A program made the position numbers and the translations under genes. A model generated the notes under the pieces. It saw only the letters and a program-made list of their open reading frames with translations, was not told the DNA's origin and did not search any database. From positions 434,001 to 498,000 of the forward strand of contig NW_027271601.1 of the NCBI RefSeq assembly GCF_040938485.1: 64,000 bases of DNA, given 5' to 3'. The stretch's first letter is position 1. The number at the start of each line of letters is the position of its first letter. Shown here one piece after another: positions 1-13,346 of the stretch. This stretch comes from Diadema antillarum. Taxonomy: Eukaryota.

Positions 1-908
1 TAATTACAAAGTTTTTGTTCATTTAACATACTCCAAAATAACAATAAAATGAATTAGCCTCCCAACATATGTTAAACCTGACGTGAACATGTATTTTATA
101 TTATGATAGACATACAAACACAATAGACCAGTTCTGTGCATGAGCAGAAAAAGGTCATTTGTACCAACAGGCATTATGGTTTGTTAATTCACTGAGATAA
201 GCATCTGTGATGTGATGATTATTCATGTGATCCTTATCTAAATGGTGCTTGCCAGCACATCCACCTGACAGGAAGCCTGGTATTTGGCAATATCAAAAGA
301 AAGGGGTTGTTGCTGCATCAATACAAAACAATGAAATGAATACCTGCTAAATTGTCAACTGAAGGACCATTCTGGTCACCTGATCTAAGCGCAAGTTCAT
401 TCTTTGTTTCTGACACCTGATAATGATGTAATCATAATATGTTATCCACATGAAGAGGTTACAGGGTACCTCTGTATTAATTACTTACATTCCAAAATAA
501 CCTACAGTGATAGTAGAATTTGCATTATATCATTCCCATGTTTATTTTTAAAGCTGCTAACTATTGCAGAGAATTAGTCAACTCTATACAGATATTACTA
601 AGATTTTAGTTGATATATAAAGATTATTCATAAAATGTTCTCTGTGCTTTATATGAAAGCAATGCATGCATATACACTTAAAATGTCTAGTAACAAAGTT
701 TATTGAAACAATTAAAATGTAATGTTACATCAACTGCTAAAAGTAGCAGCATGTTTACTTCAAACTTTGTGAACAAGATATCATAATTGACAGGTGTAAT
801 TTCCTAAATAGGACCCCTGTAAACTCTTTCATTCTTTCCATGAAAAGATGGTTGCCTAAGATGAATTCCATGCTCAACACATTCCATGACATCATGCTTG
901 TTTTCCAG

Positions 909-1138
909 CATTGAGGAAGAGTGTGGTCTGTCTACATGTTCCCAGACTCTTGAAGCTCGTAACATGGAGCTACACACATCCTTACAGCAGATGTCATCTG
1001 TCTTCACAACAGTGGAAAGCTACATCACCCTCCTTGCCTCTGCCAGCACTAACTCCTGTGAATGTCCACAGAACAACTTTAACACTGTCTTTGAGAAACT
1101 TGCCAACAGTCTCTTCAACCTCTATGAAACCATGAAAG
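909..1138 (+). CDS. PPP1R21: PPP1R21 internal coding exon (first visible; upstream exons lie outside the window)
   Basis: Acceptor ttttccag, donor AAAG|gtgatg. Translation (S)IEEECGLSTCSQTLEARNMELHTSLQQMSSVFTTVESYITLLASAS...MK resembles recalled human PPP1R21 SLEEECESSLCTSALRARNLELSQDMKKMTAVFEKLQTYIALLALPS. Confidence 0.93.
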
Positions 1139-1519
1139 GTGATGAAGCCATCCATAGTTTGAGGTTTTTCTCCATTAATGTAATGCTCAGCTTTTATAAT
1201 ATGTTTGTAATCATTCCAAGTAAACTTTTTGCAGCTTAACATAGCCCATAGATTTTGTATTTCTGCCATCGTAGAATGTTGAGAATGAAACATGCTACAA
1301 TGACCAATGGAAATTTATTTCAAAATAGTTTCTAGTTAGAGAACTTGTATATGTTGTAAGAATATGGTATTCATTTTCTTCATGAATGGAAATACTTGCA
1401 GTGACATATTTATTCTGATAGAATCCTCCAGTTCTGAAAAGTTTGCTTTATATCTGTATTCAATGCTGTTAATTTGAGCTTCCAGAGCCTTCCTATCTCT
1501 TGCTTCTCTGCTCTTCCAG

Positions 1520-1647
1520 ATGTGTCGAAAAACTACAACTTCAAAGTCTCATTGGAGCATCAACTACCCACGGCATCTCAAAAGCTGAAAACGACTGATG
1601 AATGTGTGGTGTCATCACTTATCTCTCTGGTCTCATGTACAGGGAAG
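1520..1647 (+). CDS. PPP1R21: PPP1R21 coding exon
   Basis: Acceptor ctcttccag; phase-1 join gives G|AT=Asp; donor AAG|gtatgt. DVSKNYNFKVSLEHQLPTASQKLKTTDECVVSSLISLVSCTGK vs human DISKHYSQKAAIEHELPTATQKLITTNDCILSSVVALTNGAGK. Confidence 0.95.
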
Positions 1648-1923
1648 GTATGTCATAAATGAGTCCCAACTCAAACGTTGGAGTAAATACTATTGTGAAA
1701 ATCGAACAAGCAATGGTCAAACACTGGCAATAAGAATTTTAAAACATATTTGATTTCATTGTATATTTACAGATACATTGTAGTACTTAGTAAGCATTTT
1801 TAAAAAGATTATTGTATTCATTCTTCTCTCCTTTATTATGACTGTATTTACAAAACACTTATTCAGTTTTTTTTTTTCATATTTCAAGCACCTGATATTC
1901 TTTTTCTCATTCACTTCATCCAG

Positions 1924-2079
1924 CTTGCCAACTTCATGAAAACCAATCTAGATTTCTTCAGCAGTCCTGCCGGCTTCAGTAACCATAGCAACAGCCACCA
2001 CGCATCACCAGTACAGAGTTCTCCATGTGTGTCTGCATTGAGGCAAAGAGCTGTCATATTCATGGCAGCACTTAACAAG
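1924..2079 (+). CDS. PPP1R21: PPP1R21 coding exon (not in ORF track)
   Basis: Acceptor ttcatccag, 156 nt phase 0/0, donor AAG|gtatct. LANFMKTNLDFF...RQRAVIFMAALNK vs human IASFFSNNLDYF...KKKAAAYMKSLRK. Confidence 0.88.
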
Positions 2080-2572
2080 GTATCTCAGTAGATATGACTT
2101 TAGTAGCATTGGTTCACTTGACGGATATCTCTTTCTCTCCATACTTGAAATCCACTTGCAACAATCTTGTGGTTTGCATAAAGTACGTGCAGTGGATAGA
2201 TTCCCAGATGGACCAAAATTTTTATTTAAACTTGTGCAATTTTGTGTAGCTTAATGAGTCTGCATGAATGATTATTTGCTTGGTACAGTGTTTGAGAAAA
2301 CTCTGTCTGTGTGAACCCTTTACTGGAAGTAAAACTTGGTAGTGTAAACAGATATATGTGCCTTCTGTCCAACTTCAGTGAGAAAAAAAATGCTCATTCA
2401 TAAAATGCTTAAGATGGTCAGCTATTCAGTACCAATTAGTTTCAAGTGTGTTTGGAGTGATGATCTGTTTTAAGGACCAGAGAAAAAGCTTTCTGGTGCA
2501 GCCTTTACAGTTCAAAATTAATGAGAGTATTCACATCTATAACTTCTTCAAACGTACATGATTATGCATTAA

Positions 2573-3306
2573 AGATAATAAAAAGTTTTGGTACCTCAAA
2601 AGTTTCCCTGAATTTCCTTGTCTTGGTTTGTGTTTCAGGTTAAAGTACGTTGTCTGTGAGAATTACTCGCCCCAAAGTGCTCTCATGTCTTAGTAATCAT
2701 GCAATAATGGTTTCGTACCAGAGCCGTTGTGGTACCGCGGCGATAAATAGTATTGTACGAAACCACTGACTGCGACCAGCAGCGTGCAGCCCCATACGCA
2801 TAGAATACCACGGCCAGCGCATGTGCACTCAAACATCTTATCCGTTCATGGATTTGAAATTTGTGCGCTTGTGATGTGTTCGCATGCACTGGCTGTAGTA
2901 TTCAGTGTATGTAGCTCTCCCAAGGTCCTTTCGACCGAGTCACATTCAGTCATCAATTCGAACAGAAAGTGACTATTGGCAGAACCAAACGTTGCCCGAA
3001 GCCTGTTTTCAATACTTCAACTTAATTGGTAAGTCTTCAAATTGAAGAAATTTTTGGATTTTAAGTTGACATTTACCCGCGATACTAAATCTGTCATGAT
3101 CCTGAATGCTACAATGCGAAGCCCGATTACGCTATGCGTATGGGGCTGCTGGTCGCAGTTAATTGCATGATTACTAAGACATGAGAGCACTTTGGGGCGA
3201 GTAAGTCTCACAGTGTTAGTTATATGAAAGTTACTTTAACCTGAAACACAAACTAAGACAAGGAAATTCAGGGAAACTTTTGAGGTACCAAAACTTTTTA
3301 TTATCT
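2573..3306. mobile_element. TTAA-flanked non-autonomous DNA transposon (Kolobok-type MITE) with long TIRs, in a PPP1R21 intron
   Basis: TTAA|AGATAATAAAAAGTTTTGGTACCTC...GAGGTACCAAAACTTTTTATTATCT|TTAA. Inverted arms exceed 130 bp and the core is CpG-rich. Confidence 0.85.
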
Positions 3307-3395
3307 TTAAATGTTGCCAATTTATTGATGAGTTAAATGTGTTGTGATGGTTTTCTCATGTGAGCTCTGTACCCGTCTCCCTTCCCTGCTGGTAG

Positions 3396-3590
3396 CCATG
3401 TCCAGAGACGGTGCCCTACCCAACAGCCATCCACAACCAGAGAGTCCTACTCAGCTCCACAGAGAGCAAGGAGGGACTCGCCCAGCAGCTGGGAGCAGCT
3501 CGGAGCAGAATCACTCACCTGGAACAAGAGAAGGAGCACTGGGTGCTGGAGGCACAACTCATACAGATCAAGTATGACCGGGAGATGCAG
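3396..3590 (+). CDS. PPP1R21: PPP1R21 coding exon
   Basis: Acceptor cttccctgctggtag, 195 nt phase 0/0, donor CAG|gtgggt. VPYPTAIHNQRVLLSSTESKEGLAQQ...LEQEKEHWVLEAQL vs human VPYEEALANRRILLSSTESREGLAQQ...LEQEKEHWMLEAQL. Confidence 0.96.
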
Positions 3591-5205
3591 GTGGGTGGAG
3601 CTTAGGATAAGGGGTGGAGCTTACAGGTAGGGGGTGGAGCTTTGAGTCACGGTTAAGGGTATACAGATTGAAATAGATAGTTGATGTAGAGACTGTTTCC
3701 AAGCAGGGATACCTGTGTGCACATTGCAGCTATTAGAATGATTTGTTAGATTTGTCTCATGATATAATGATTGTGAAGAGAGAAATAATTCATAATTGTG
3801 TACTTTGCTGTGTGTACAATGTATTTCCTAAGGTGTTAGATATGTGCTTTGCAAAGTCCATTCTCCACTTTTCTTTACCTCTGTATGTTACAATCTCTGG
3901 AGAAAAAAAAAATGCAGCCTACTCTCTTGAAAATCCTAGCTTGTCTGTGACTGTTTCTAATGAATAGTACATATGACCTGTCACACAGTCCATCTGCTCG
4001 CCAGTGTTAAAAGAGACCTCCGGATGATTTTCAAACTTTTACATTTGAACAACTATAAATTAGTTATACTGAGTACAGAGTTTCAGAATTCTTGGTTATT
4101 GAGATGAGGAACAAGAATGTTTTCAAAATTTATAACAAATTGCAATGGACAAGAATGATGGCATGGCAGCCTCACCATAATTGGGGCTTGCTCAAGGACC
4201 ACAATGAATTCCACAAATCTATACATGGAGCTGTTGATTTATGTACTATGTTCATGATGTGAAATTTTGAAAATCGTCTGGAGTGCCCCTATTTATGCAA
4301 GTATCCCATGCCAAACTCTTTCAAACGTCTGGACTGTCACTTTGAAATCAGTATTTAGAACAGAACAAAAAAAGAAATGCTCAGTCTCTCAAGTTCATCC
4401 ACAAAACTCTCCATATTTTAAAGTGTGTCTGAATTCTTTGCAAATCAGGTCTGTCTTCTGCTTATCTCAATTTGCTTGGCTTCTCACTGGTAGCCTGTAG
4501 TGATTAGAATGTATTTTAATTGATTAAGTAACACACTCACAAAAAAAGAAAGCAGCCATCAGAGATAGTGTAGGTTTCATGATCGAATTTCATCCATTCA
4601 ATACAAGTTGAGTTAACTCAGTTGTTCATTAACTATATATGAGCAAAAGTTTGCTAAAACCATTGCATTTATTGAAATTACATTGAAAGGTGATCTTCAA
4701 CTTCTTTTTTTTTTTACTTTGAAGTCCAAGAAATGAAAATGCATGTAAGAGTAATTATGGCACAGTGTTAAAAAATCTTTGTCACAGAATTAAATGTAGA
4801 TTAATTGACTACTGTTTTACAATGATAAACTGACTTACAGACGTGAGTTTTAATGTTCATAGTGTACTATGTGCTCTGTTTGTCTAGCAAGAGAAGCAGA
4901 AGTATTTTCTCTAAACAGTCTGAGATAAACTGACAGTTTGTATCCTGCACATCTACATGTTAAATATTTGCTGTAGTATGACTGGATATTGAGGGTCATT
5001 TGGCATTCAGAAAAAAAAAGACAAAACATCTTTGGAAGAAAAGGAGCCAGGGCCTTTGAGCTTTACTCTATGTGCATAGATCACAAAGTCCCATTGTACA
5101 AAGTTGTAGTTCGAAAGTTAACTTGTGATGGCCTCGGGTCAGGTAGATTGTAGCATGTTTGTGCTCACTCCTTGTCTTTTACCACTGCCTTTTTTATGCT
5201 TTTAG

Positions 5206-5226
5206 CAAATAGCAAGCAGTAGTGAG
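5206..5226 (+). CDS. PPP1R21: Candidate 21-nt frame-preserving microexon of PPP1R21 (QIASSSE)
   Basis: ccttttttatgcttttag|CAAATAGCAAGCAGTAGTGAG|gtaagc. Phase 0/0 matches the flanking exons and there is no stop. Supported by splice signals only, with no homology support. Confidence 0.5.
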
Positions 5227-7613
5227 GTAAGCCCCACGGAATGGCATGTTACAATGTGTATGTATATGACATCCAGTGTTAGCTGTCTTGGTCTGCATGG
5301 TATATCCTCATTCTTCCTTTAATCCCCAATTAACCTTCAACTATTTAACCTACCATCTACCTCAGAATGGTCAGATAGAAAACCTTGTTAAAGATGTTTT
5401 CATATCTCAATTTATTGCCTCACTACTACAAAGAAAGGAATGGAGAGATGTGTATTTCATCTTGATTTCAGAGAAGGAAAGTCAGCTATTGAAACATGTG
5501 GAGTTGTGATATCAATCACCGTAATGACATGCATATCATTCTTTATCTCATCTGTTTTCATCATCTACCCTTGTCACTTTTCTGTTTTTATCTTATTCCA
5601 TGTAATGGAACTGTATGTGGTAACCATGTACTACAACACTTTATGAAAAATGTATTATGAATTAATGCATTGTATAATGTCATGCAAATAGCTCAGTTAA
5701 CAATGATAAATCATAGTAGATCCAGAACCTAGTGTGATGAGTCTGATTTGAAAGGTATTGTCATCCCTGGCTTATAATGTATACTTACATATCATCTGTT
5801 ATCAGAGTTATATTTTATTTCAGAATTTAATCATAATGACCCATTCTAGCCCACATCTAACCTTTCTGAACTCTAGTCTCATCCCCCAATCCAAACCCCA
5901 TTGTGCCTTAACATCTCTTCTTTCCAGAATGACTCTCTATCCTTTGGGTCATACTGATTGATAGATATTGCACATGCAATTTGAATGTCTACTAATTGTA
6001 TGAGCAAATGTAGACTGACATGTGTTGTGTATGCTGCTTGACAACTTTGAATTGTTTCAATACTAACATGAGGGACTTTGGCTTGTGCATGTTTGAATGA
6101 ATCCCTAACTGACAAATGTAGGAAACTGGATACTGTGACTGGGTTCTATGTTTGGGTGTATCTGTACTATCATTGACCAGATGCAGGAAACAAAGCAAAT
6201 TTATGCTATAGTATGCAATACATGATGTGTACTTCACATTATGATATCTAACATCCATTCTTTGTCACTTAACTTGTGTAGCCTGGTAGTGAAAGCTACA
6301 AGTGTTAAGTGTAAGGCTAATATCTATGCAACCAGTTTTGTGCCATACCACAAAGTTTATAAAGCTCCACATGAGTCATCCGAGTAGTCACAACTTTCGC
6401 TGTGTCTTGACATATTTCTCTTATAAATTTTTCTTAACCTGGCTTCAATGTCTCGTATTTATCTGTGATACACACATGTATCTTTGATTATATTATTATT
6501 AGTAGCTGTAAATCATTGTATAAACTTGGTTTACTATAGAAGTGTCTGTATAAATCTGACATTCACCATTCTGTCCAATGTTGGAGCATGAAGTGCTAAG
6601 CACCCATCTCTATATGTACATACACATTACACAGAAGCACCAGACAAATAATCTGTGATAATTCATCGAAGTATTTGGATGAAAACATATCCCTTGATAA
6701 TGAAGCAGTTGATTATGTAGCTAGCAATAAAAAGTTAATTTTCATTAACAAATGCCTACCTGGAAAATCATGGATGACCACAAAACTTTGTTGAAAATGG
6801 ACCAAAATTTGCTCCAACTCTAAATGTACAATGACTCTTATTTCTAGAATCTTGACTCGGTTTGAATATAGCAGGAGAAAAGTGTAAGAGGCTAATAATC
6901 AACCTGTTTACTCACACTCTGATATGAATGTGACATGACTTCTTACTGATTTAAATATTTATGATAATGGCATCTTTATAGCAGACAACTGATATCAGAA
7001 TGAAATAACTACTGGTACAGAAAACGCAGTTTTAAGTTCCCGTTTGATGATGAATAGAGCCTCCTTACAAAGAGAAAGCTGAATGCATTGAGACAAGGGT
7101 TCTTCAAGCTCTTGCCAAACTAGACCCCCCCCCCCCCCCCCCCCCCCCCATGGGCTTAACATGTACTTGTAGCTGATGTTTTATCAGACTTAGGTACATC
7201 TACAAAGTTTAACATAGCATTTAGTTGTGTAGATGTATGGGAAATTCAGTGTGGTCAAAGCTAGAGATAAAGGTCAAAGTCTGGACTTTAACAGTTTAAA
7301 AAGAGAGAAAATAAAATTTGAGAGGTACAAGTTTGTATTGTGATGTCACCAGACTTTCAACATACGTGAGACTCAAAACAGATTTTGCTTTTTGATTAAA
7401 TGTGGGGAGATCAGCATCGAAAGTCAGTTAATGTTGGAAGTTTCTTGAGCTTACAGTGAATCAGATGTAATTTCACCAGATTTGGTTGGTAGACATAACA
7501 TAACATTGTATCTCATTTTAGACTAATCCTTCATTGTGGTATCAAATTTTTCTAGATTGTCGTTTTCTGAAATACACCACAACAATGTATTTCTACTTTT
7601 CTGTATTTTGTAG

Positions 7614-7745
7614 AAATCAGCAGAGTTAGCATCCATACTGAATGGCCAGGGTGTACCAGTGACGAAGCAGTCACCAGTCAAAAACCAAACACCGCCCTCT
7701 ACAGATCGGAGCAAGACAGCCAATATTATCACAGATACATCCATG
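7614..7745 (+). CDS. PPP1R21: PPP1R21 coding exon (poorly conserved linker)
   Basis: Acceptor ttttctgtattttgtag, 132 nt open, donor ATG|gtaaga. KSAELASILNG...IITDTSM ends like human ...IQSTSL just before the IGT exon. Confidence 0.75.
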
Positions 7746-8646
7746 GTAAGAGAATGCTGAATCCGTGGAATTTGTGATGCGTTTTATTTCATTAAGCACA
7801 TTGTAAAAGTGGAAAAAACATGTTATTATATCATACCCAGAGTCTGACCGTCCCAAGTGGTGAGAGATATAGAATTGGATAAGAGAAAACATGAAATCAA
7901 ACTCAAAACAAGCATATCTCTAACACTATGTATCAGTGATGTTACTATACATGTACCTACCCTAGAGTCTCTCAGCATATAGGTGGCAAGAAATGTTCCA
8001 TATGAAAAGATATGTAAAGAAATTCAAGCAAGTGATACTGCAGCAGTGACCCCTCAACAAACATGATGGCCTGTGAAGGAATGTGAAGTTGACTATGAAT
8101 GTACAAGTTGGACAATGTTGAGATGTGAAGTCAAATGTCATCTTAATGTTTGCAGATTCTATGTATCTTTTAATTTTCACATTCATGGTTACAAAACTGC
8201 AGATTTATCAGAATGATTTAGTAAATGCCTTGGAAAGATATGTGCTTTTTCAAGGCTTGGAAGATATTTCTGAAATTGCTGTGGTTGTATTATGAAGTTT
8301 AATTTCTGTTTTGTTTTGTTTTATGTTTTCATTATATTTTCTTAAGTTTTTATTACAAACCTGACTTTAAAGACTTGTGTAGCTTGTATCAAAAACTTAG
8401 CTTGGAACCAGTAGCAAGTCCATCATAGGAGATGTTTATTTTCAGTGAATGAGATGTTTTATCATTGATTGAACAATATTTTGTGTGCATCTTTGAGTGT
8501 GTGATTTTTTTTTTTTTTTGATCATTCAATATGGAAGAGCAAATGGGTGTGCTTGCCTGAGATGATAGCTCCATGTATAAATGTAGGATATTAGGTGTAT
8601 GTTGGTACTATATCTTTTTCTTTATGTCTTGCGGTTGCATATGAAG

Positions 8647-8799
8647 CTTGGAACAGCAGACAAATTGGCCATGGACTTTGGTGGAAGTGATGAAATGTCT
8701 CGAGAGAACATGATCAAGAGTCACTACACAGGGCGGCTGGCTGAGCTGAGGACTCACCAACAGATATGTGACAGTAAAGGCGTCAGCTTCCATGCAGAG
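8647..8799 (+). CDS. PPP1R21: PPP1R21 coding exon (last one identifiable)
   Basis: AAG acceptor after a pyrimidine tract, 153 nt, donor GAG|gttagt. SRENMIKSHYTGRLAELRTHQQICDSKGVSFHAE vs human SREDLIKNHYMARIVELTSQLQLADSKSVHFYAE. Confidence 0.92.
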
Positions 8800-11700
8800 G
8801 TTAGTGCACTTTTTACCTTCCTTGGTCAATGTTGTATGCATTCGAGGTTGATGAAAACCAGGTGACTTGTGTGTGCTTTGTGTGTGGTTTGTAATATTTC
8901 AGTACCTGAGAAAGTATGTCATTATGAATCATTGTGAACACACTTTGTGGTAACCGAGTCCTGTGATGATAACATGAACTTCTCTAAAGAGCTCTGAAGT
9001 AATGTCATCCAAAAGTAGATGGTACCAACTACCATGGTTATTGTTTGTGAACAACTTGGCCCATGTGCGATGTTTAGTTTGTAGTCATGGGCTAGAGTAG
9101 ACCCCTTCATGTTTTGACTGTAGCTGTGATGTATATAGTAAATCTTCACTAGATGAGACTGGTGGAACCACTCAACATTTTTGTCAGAAAAAACAAACAA
9201 ACACTAAACACTGCTACTTTGATGCAGAGCTTATACATAAAAAAGGGTATGATACAAATGTATATCCTCCTAACAACATTCTCTATGTACCTTTAAGCAA
9301 TGTTATGAAATCATGAGAGTGGTATACACTATAGATTCATTGTAGTGGTATAAATCCATGTCTTTGACAGAAGTGTGAATACTGTGTGGTCAGGTCTGCA
9401 GTATATGACAAATATTGTATTAGCGGTGACTGATCACAACTTTGATGAAAAAAATGTTACCAAAATGTAACAGTTATGAAATACACATATATTTATTCAC
9501 TATTTGCTATATTAGAAATTCACAGCCTACCCTTTCTTCTCAGACTTCTTTGTTTGACAAAGCATGCCATTCTGACATCCTATTTACTAGTATTAAAGAT
9601 AAAATATGGTTTCAACTTTTTGATGAGTTCGGCTCGATATCATTTTAACTAGGTCTAGACTTATTCTATCACTTGATGGTTTGTTTGTCAGCAAGCTGAA
9701 CATCATAGAAGAAATTGACTTATTCATGGCTGTAAAGAATTTCATTATGTATTTGTAATGTGTGATAAAATTTGTATCTCATTACAAGTGGCTATACATA
9801 GAGAAAATTCATGGAATTTACAGTGTATGTTGCATGCATTGTGTTAATGAATTAGTGAAATAATGGTACATAAAAAGTTGATCATAATTGAATGTCCCTT
9901 TAAATACGCAAAGCAAGTACTGTGCTTAAACTACATGTTCCTTATAGGAGTGACTCGTGTATAATGATGAAGAGACTTTCCTCGTGTTAAGGGCAAACCC
10001 AATGCAGAATTTTACATTAGGTTTCCTATGAAACGTCTCTCATGGACAGCAGGGGACTTAACAGTAGGAGTCTTGGGCTGATGAAGTACTTGCTAATGTC
10101 TATGAATGTTTAGTTTGAAAGCTGTTTGAATGAAATTATTCAGAAGTGTTCATTATTTTCTTCTTTTTTGTGGGAGGGGAGGATGAGTGTGTAAAAGAAA
10201 TATCATGGATAATTTCTTTATCATATTTGCTGTAATCTACTCCCTTGATCTATCATCAGTCAATGCTCCTAGTATGACATCAGACAAACATGGTTTACTC
10301 ACTGAATATTTGATGGAGTAATTGTGGACACAGTTTTAGAGCAATGTCTAAGAAATATCCAGCCCTGATTTTCATCTCTCGGTATGTTGATCTCATGAGA
10401 CACACATATTACATTCTGCCATGTAACAGTGGTAGATAAGTTTGATTGCTATGGCTGTTTTTAGGAATGCCTTCCATCCAAACCTCCATTGTCAGCAGCT
10501 GTTCCTCACTTGCTACAGGTTCTTTATTGATCTCTAGTACATCACTATGCACAGACCATGTATAGCTTGTTGCTAGGTTACACGACCCTCTGCATTCTAT
10601 GGCATTTTCTTCTTCTTCTTTTTTTTTAGTTACCATACGATTTTAAGTATCATTAAAGTGGTTGATGGCTTGCGAGGTTTGGGTTGATTTTGTTTAACAA
10701 AAAGAAAATTCTATCTCATTTTTTTTCAGCATTTTTTGCATCTTTATAACATTCTTTGTCACAAAAATAAGTAAGTAATAAGTAAGTAAAAGGTCAGCCA
10801 TTTCTCAACCAGCTAATGTTGATTTGCAATGAGATGTACGACCTGGACATAGTCCTTATTAAACCTTTGTGTGTTTTTCTTGTGTATTCATGTAAGATAT
10901 ACTTCCAAATAATTTGTAACATTTGAGTGTATCATGTCAATACGTATGAAATTCACTGTGTGATAAGGTAAGCCACACCGAAAAGATCAGGCTGGATGTA
11001 TAAGTTTGGATATGATGTGTTTGTTGTACATATTCATTTAATATAAAAACAATAACAAATTTGTTTTTGTTTTGTTTTGTTTTGTTTGTTTTTTTCATTT
11101 TGTAAGTTTGGAAATTCAAAATACAATTCTAGTATTAGGGTATTCTCCCCCAAACTGATGAGACATTATTTTGGTATTTTGATGATTGTTGTGTATTTAT
11201 AAGCTGAATTCTTGTGGTAATCCAGGTCACATGGAAGATTTTGAATTGCTTTGATGTTATCATGAAAGAAAGAGATATGCGCACCAAAAGTGAGCAGTTA
11301 GGTAGATAGGCACACAGAGTGAAGAGTTTAACCGATTTATTCACAGTATCTAACACTGCATTCGTGGCCTGTGTGAGATTGCCCCTGTTTCGTGTCACAG
11401 GAAGACCCAAAATAGCTATGTGACAAATAGGGAGTGTACCAAGGGGCATGTATAGGGAGGGATGTTTGCACGGTGTATTCACCTTTCTCCATGATCCATC
11501 ACCACATCTTGCCCCCTTAACAAAATGGAAGTGGCCAGAAATCTCCATTGGAGGATGGACATTGCTGACGTCAAGAGGTGTGGGGTGATGCGAGGCAAGG
11601 AGAGATCCTCTGGGTGATGGTGAGATTGTCAGTATCACTCTGAACCTTGTCTCCAGCTTGGATGGGTCTTTTTGGTATCAATTGTAACTCCGTCGGCTGT

Positions 11701-12714
11701 GTGCGTTCTTTCCCAATCAGAGCTTTGTATAGATTGCTTACAGTGATCATTGCAATTTAGCTATCACAGTATCTTATTAATGCATCATCAGTTATTTAGA
11801 TATATATGCATTGTAGTTGTTGATCTTTAAATTTTTCCCCAAGGGTGTGCTATTTATTGTCATCAAGGTAAATTGAGTTTGTGCTGCTGATGTCTCTCAA
11901 CTGAAGACAAAGGTAAAGCAGGGTTGATGAAAGAACATGCTTAAATCATCATGGAATTGACCCTTGTGTCTAAGTTGCTGTTTACTGTTTATCAAGAAGG
12001 AAATGGTTCATAGATTTAGAGACAATATTGACATCAACTGCCAATGCATGAAGGACAGTAGACAGATTGTATGCATAGTTGTAGTTGCTTGGTTCTGGTT
12101 GCTAGGTTGTGGTTAAGTGACCTCATAATGGCCATCATGTCTGAATCCTGTCCTCAGCAAGGTAAAACCTTGCCTCCAGTCTCACCTATATAGATCAAGG
12201 TCTTGTGATACATCATACAGATTCCCCAGTACTGATAACTGCTGGTAGAAATCAATGTATGATATCTGCGTGGTCTACTAACAGTTGTGCCTTAAATGAG
12301 GTAGCACTATTATCATTCACAGAGGGTTGCCAGCATTGAATTCATTCCTGCCCAATGCATGCAAGATAAACCTTTTTTCTACAAATTACAGAGCTGCTCT
12401 CAATATTTATCTACCTTTGAGTCATGAGATACATGGAAACTTAAAAGTCCGTTAGAATCCAGTTCCAATGTTGTTTTCTACTGGTGTGAACAGGTGATAA
12501 CACCACACTGTTAGGAATCATCTGATTATAGTATCTATCACAATTTTATGATTATTCTCCTCTTCTTTTTCTTTTCACCCACGAAGCTCCACTTCTAGTA
12601 AATCTTTCTTGCTTCTCCTGTTGTCATTAAAAGTAAAGTAAGCTGAAGTAAGCATATCATTACCTAATAGCTTATACAAGGTCCTCCAGCTGGAAGAGTT
12701 TTTGCAAAAGACTA

Positions 12715-13238
12715 CTGTATACGCTATAATTTTCGCGTACATAAATTTTAGCGAATTGCCGCTCTCACACATTTTCGCGAGTGGCTAAATTCGCGATTGA
12801 AAATATGAAGTGGCAAGGAAAGTGTGAATTTTCAACTAACTAGCAAATAAGAATGATACTAGTTATACACTGCATGAAAAAAAACTTACCAAACTCTGCC
12901 AACTTGTATCACTATTAGTAAGTTAGAATTCAACATTAATTTTTGAAGTGGTTAAGTCCATCACGCTAGATTTCTGACGAGTGGTCCGCTTGCGATAATG
13001 GATTGGCTCTCTACAGTATTCGTAAGTACACGTGGACGTATGTACGTAAACAAGCTTAGCCAGTATGGTCTGTTCGTTAAGCCATGACATGGTATACTAG
13101 TACTGAAATGTTCGTATCATCAAGGCAAGGGATTCATTTTGGAAGGTGATATTTTCGCGTGTTGTTAATTTCGCGAATAGCTCCCGACTCGTGAAATTCG
13201 CGAAAATAAAACCCTGGCGAAATATATAGCGTATACAG
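12715..13238. mobile_element. TA-flanked MITE (pogo/Tc1-mariner type)
   Basis: TA|CTGTATACGCTATA...TATAGCGTATACAG|TA with repeated TTTTCGCG/CGCGAAAA subterminal motifs. Confidence 0.85.
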
Positions 13239-13346
13239 TATTCCACACTTGTTGCGATGGATTCAATCCTCAAACATTCTGCGTAGCAATAAAGGTTATG
13301 CTAATACTCGTGTGAGTTAGTGCACTAGTTATTACAAGATGTATAT

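Noticed and set aside
2080-3395. Possible U12 intron (donor gtatct)
   Set aside because: Does not match GTATCCTT, and no TCCTTAAC branch site was found.
11135-11638. 167-aa minus-strand ORF
   Set aside because: No recognisable domain or convincing splice context.
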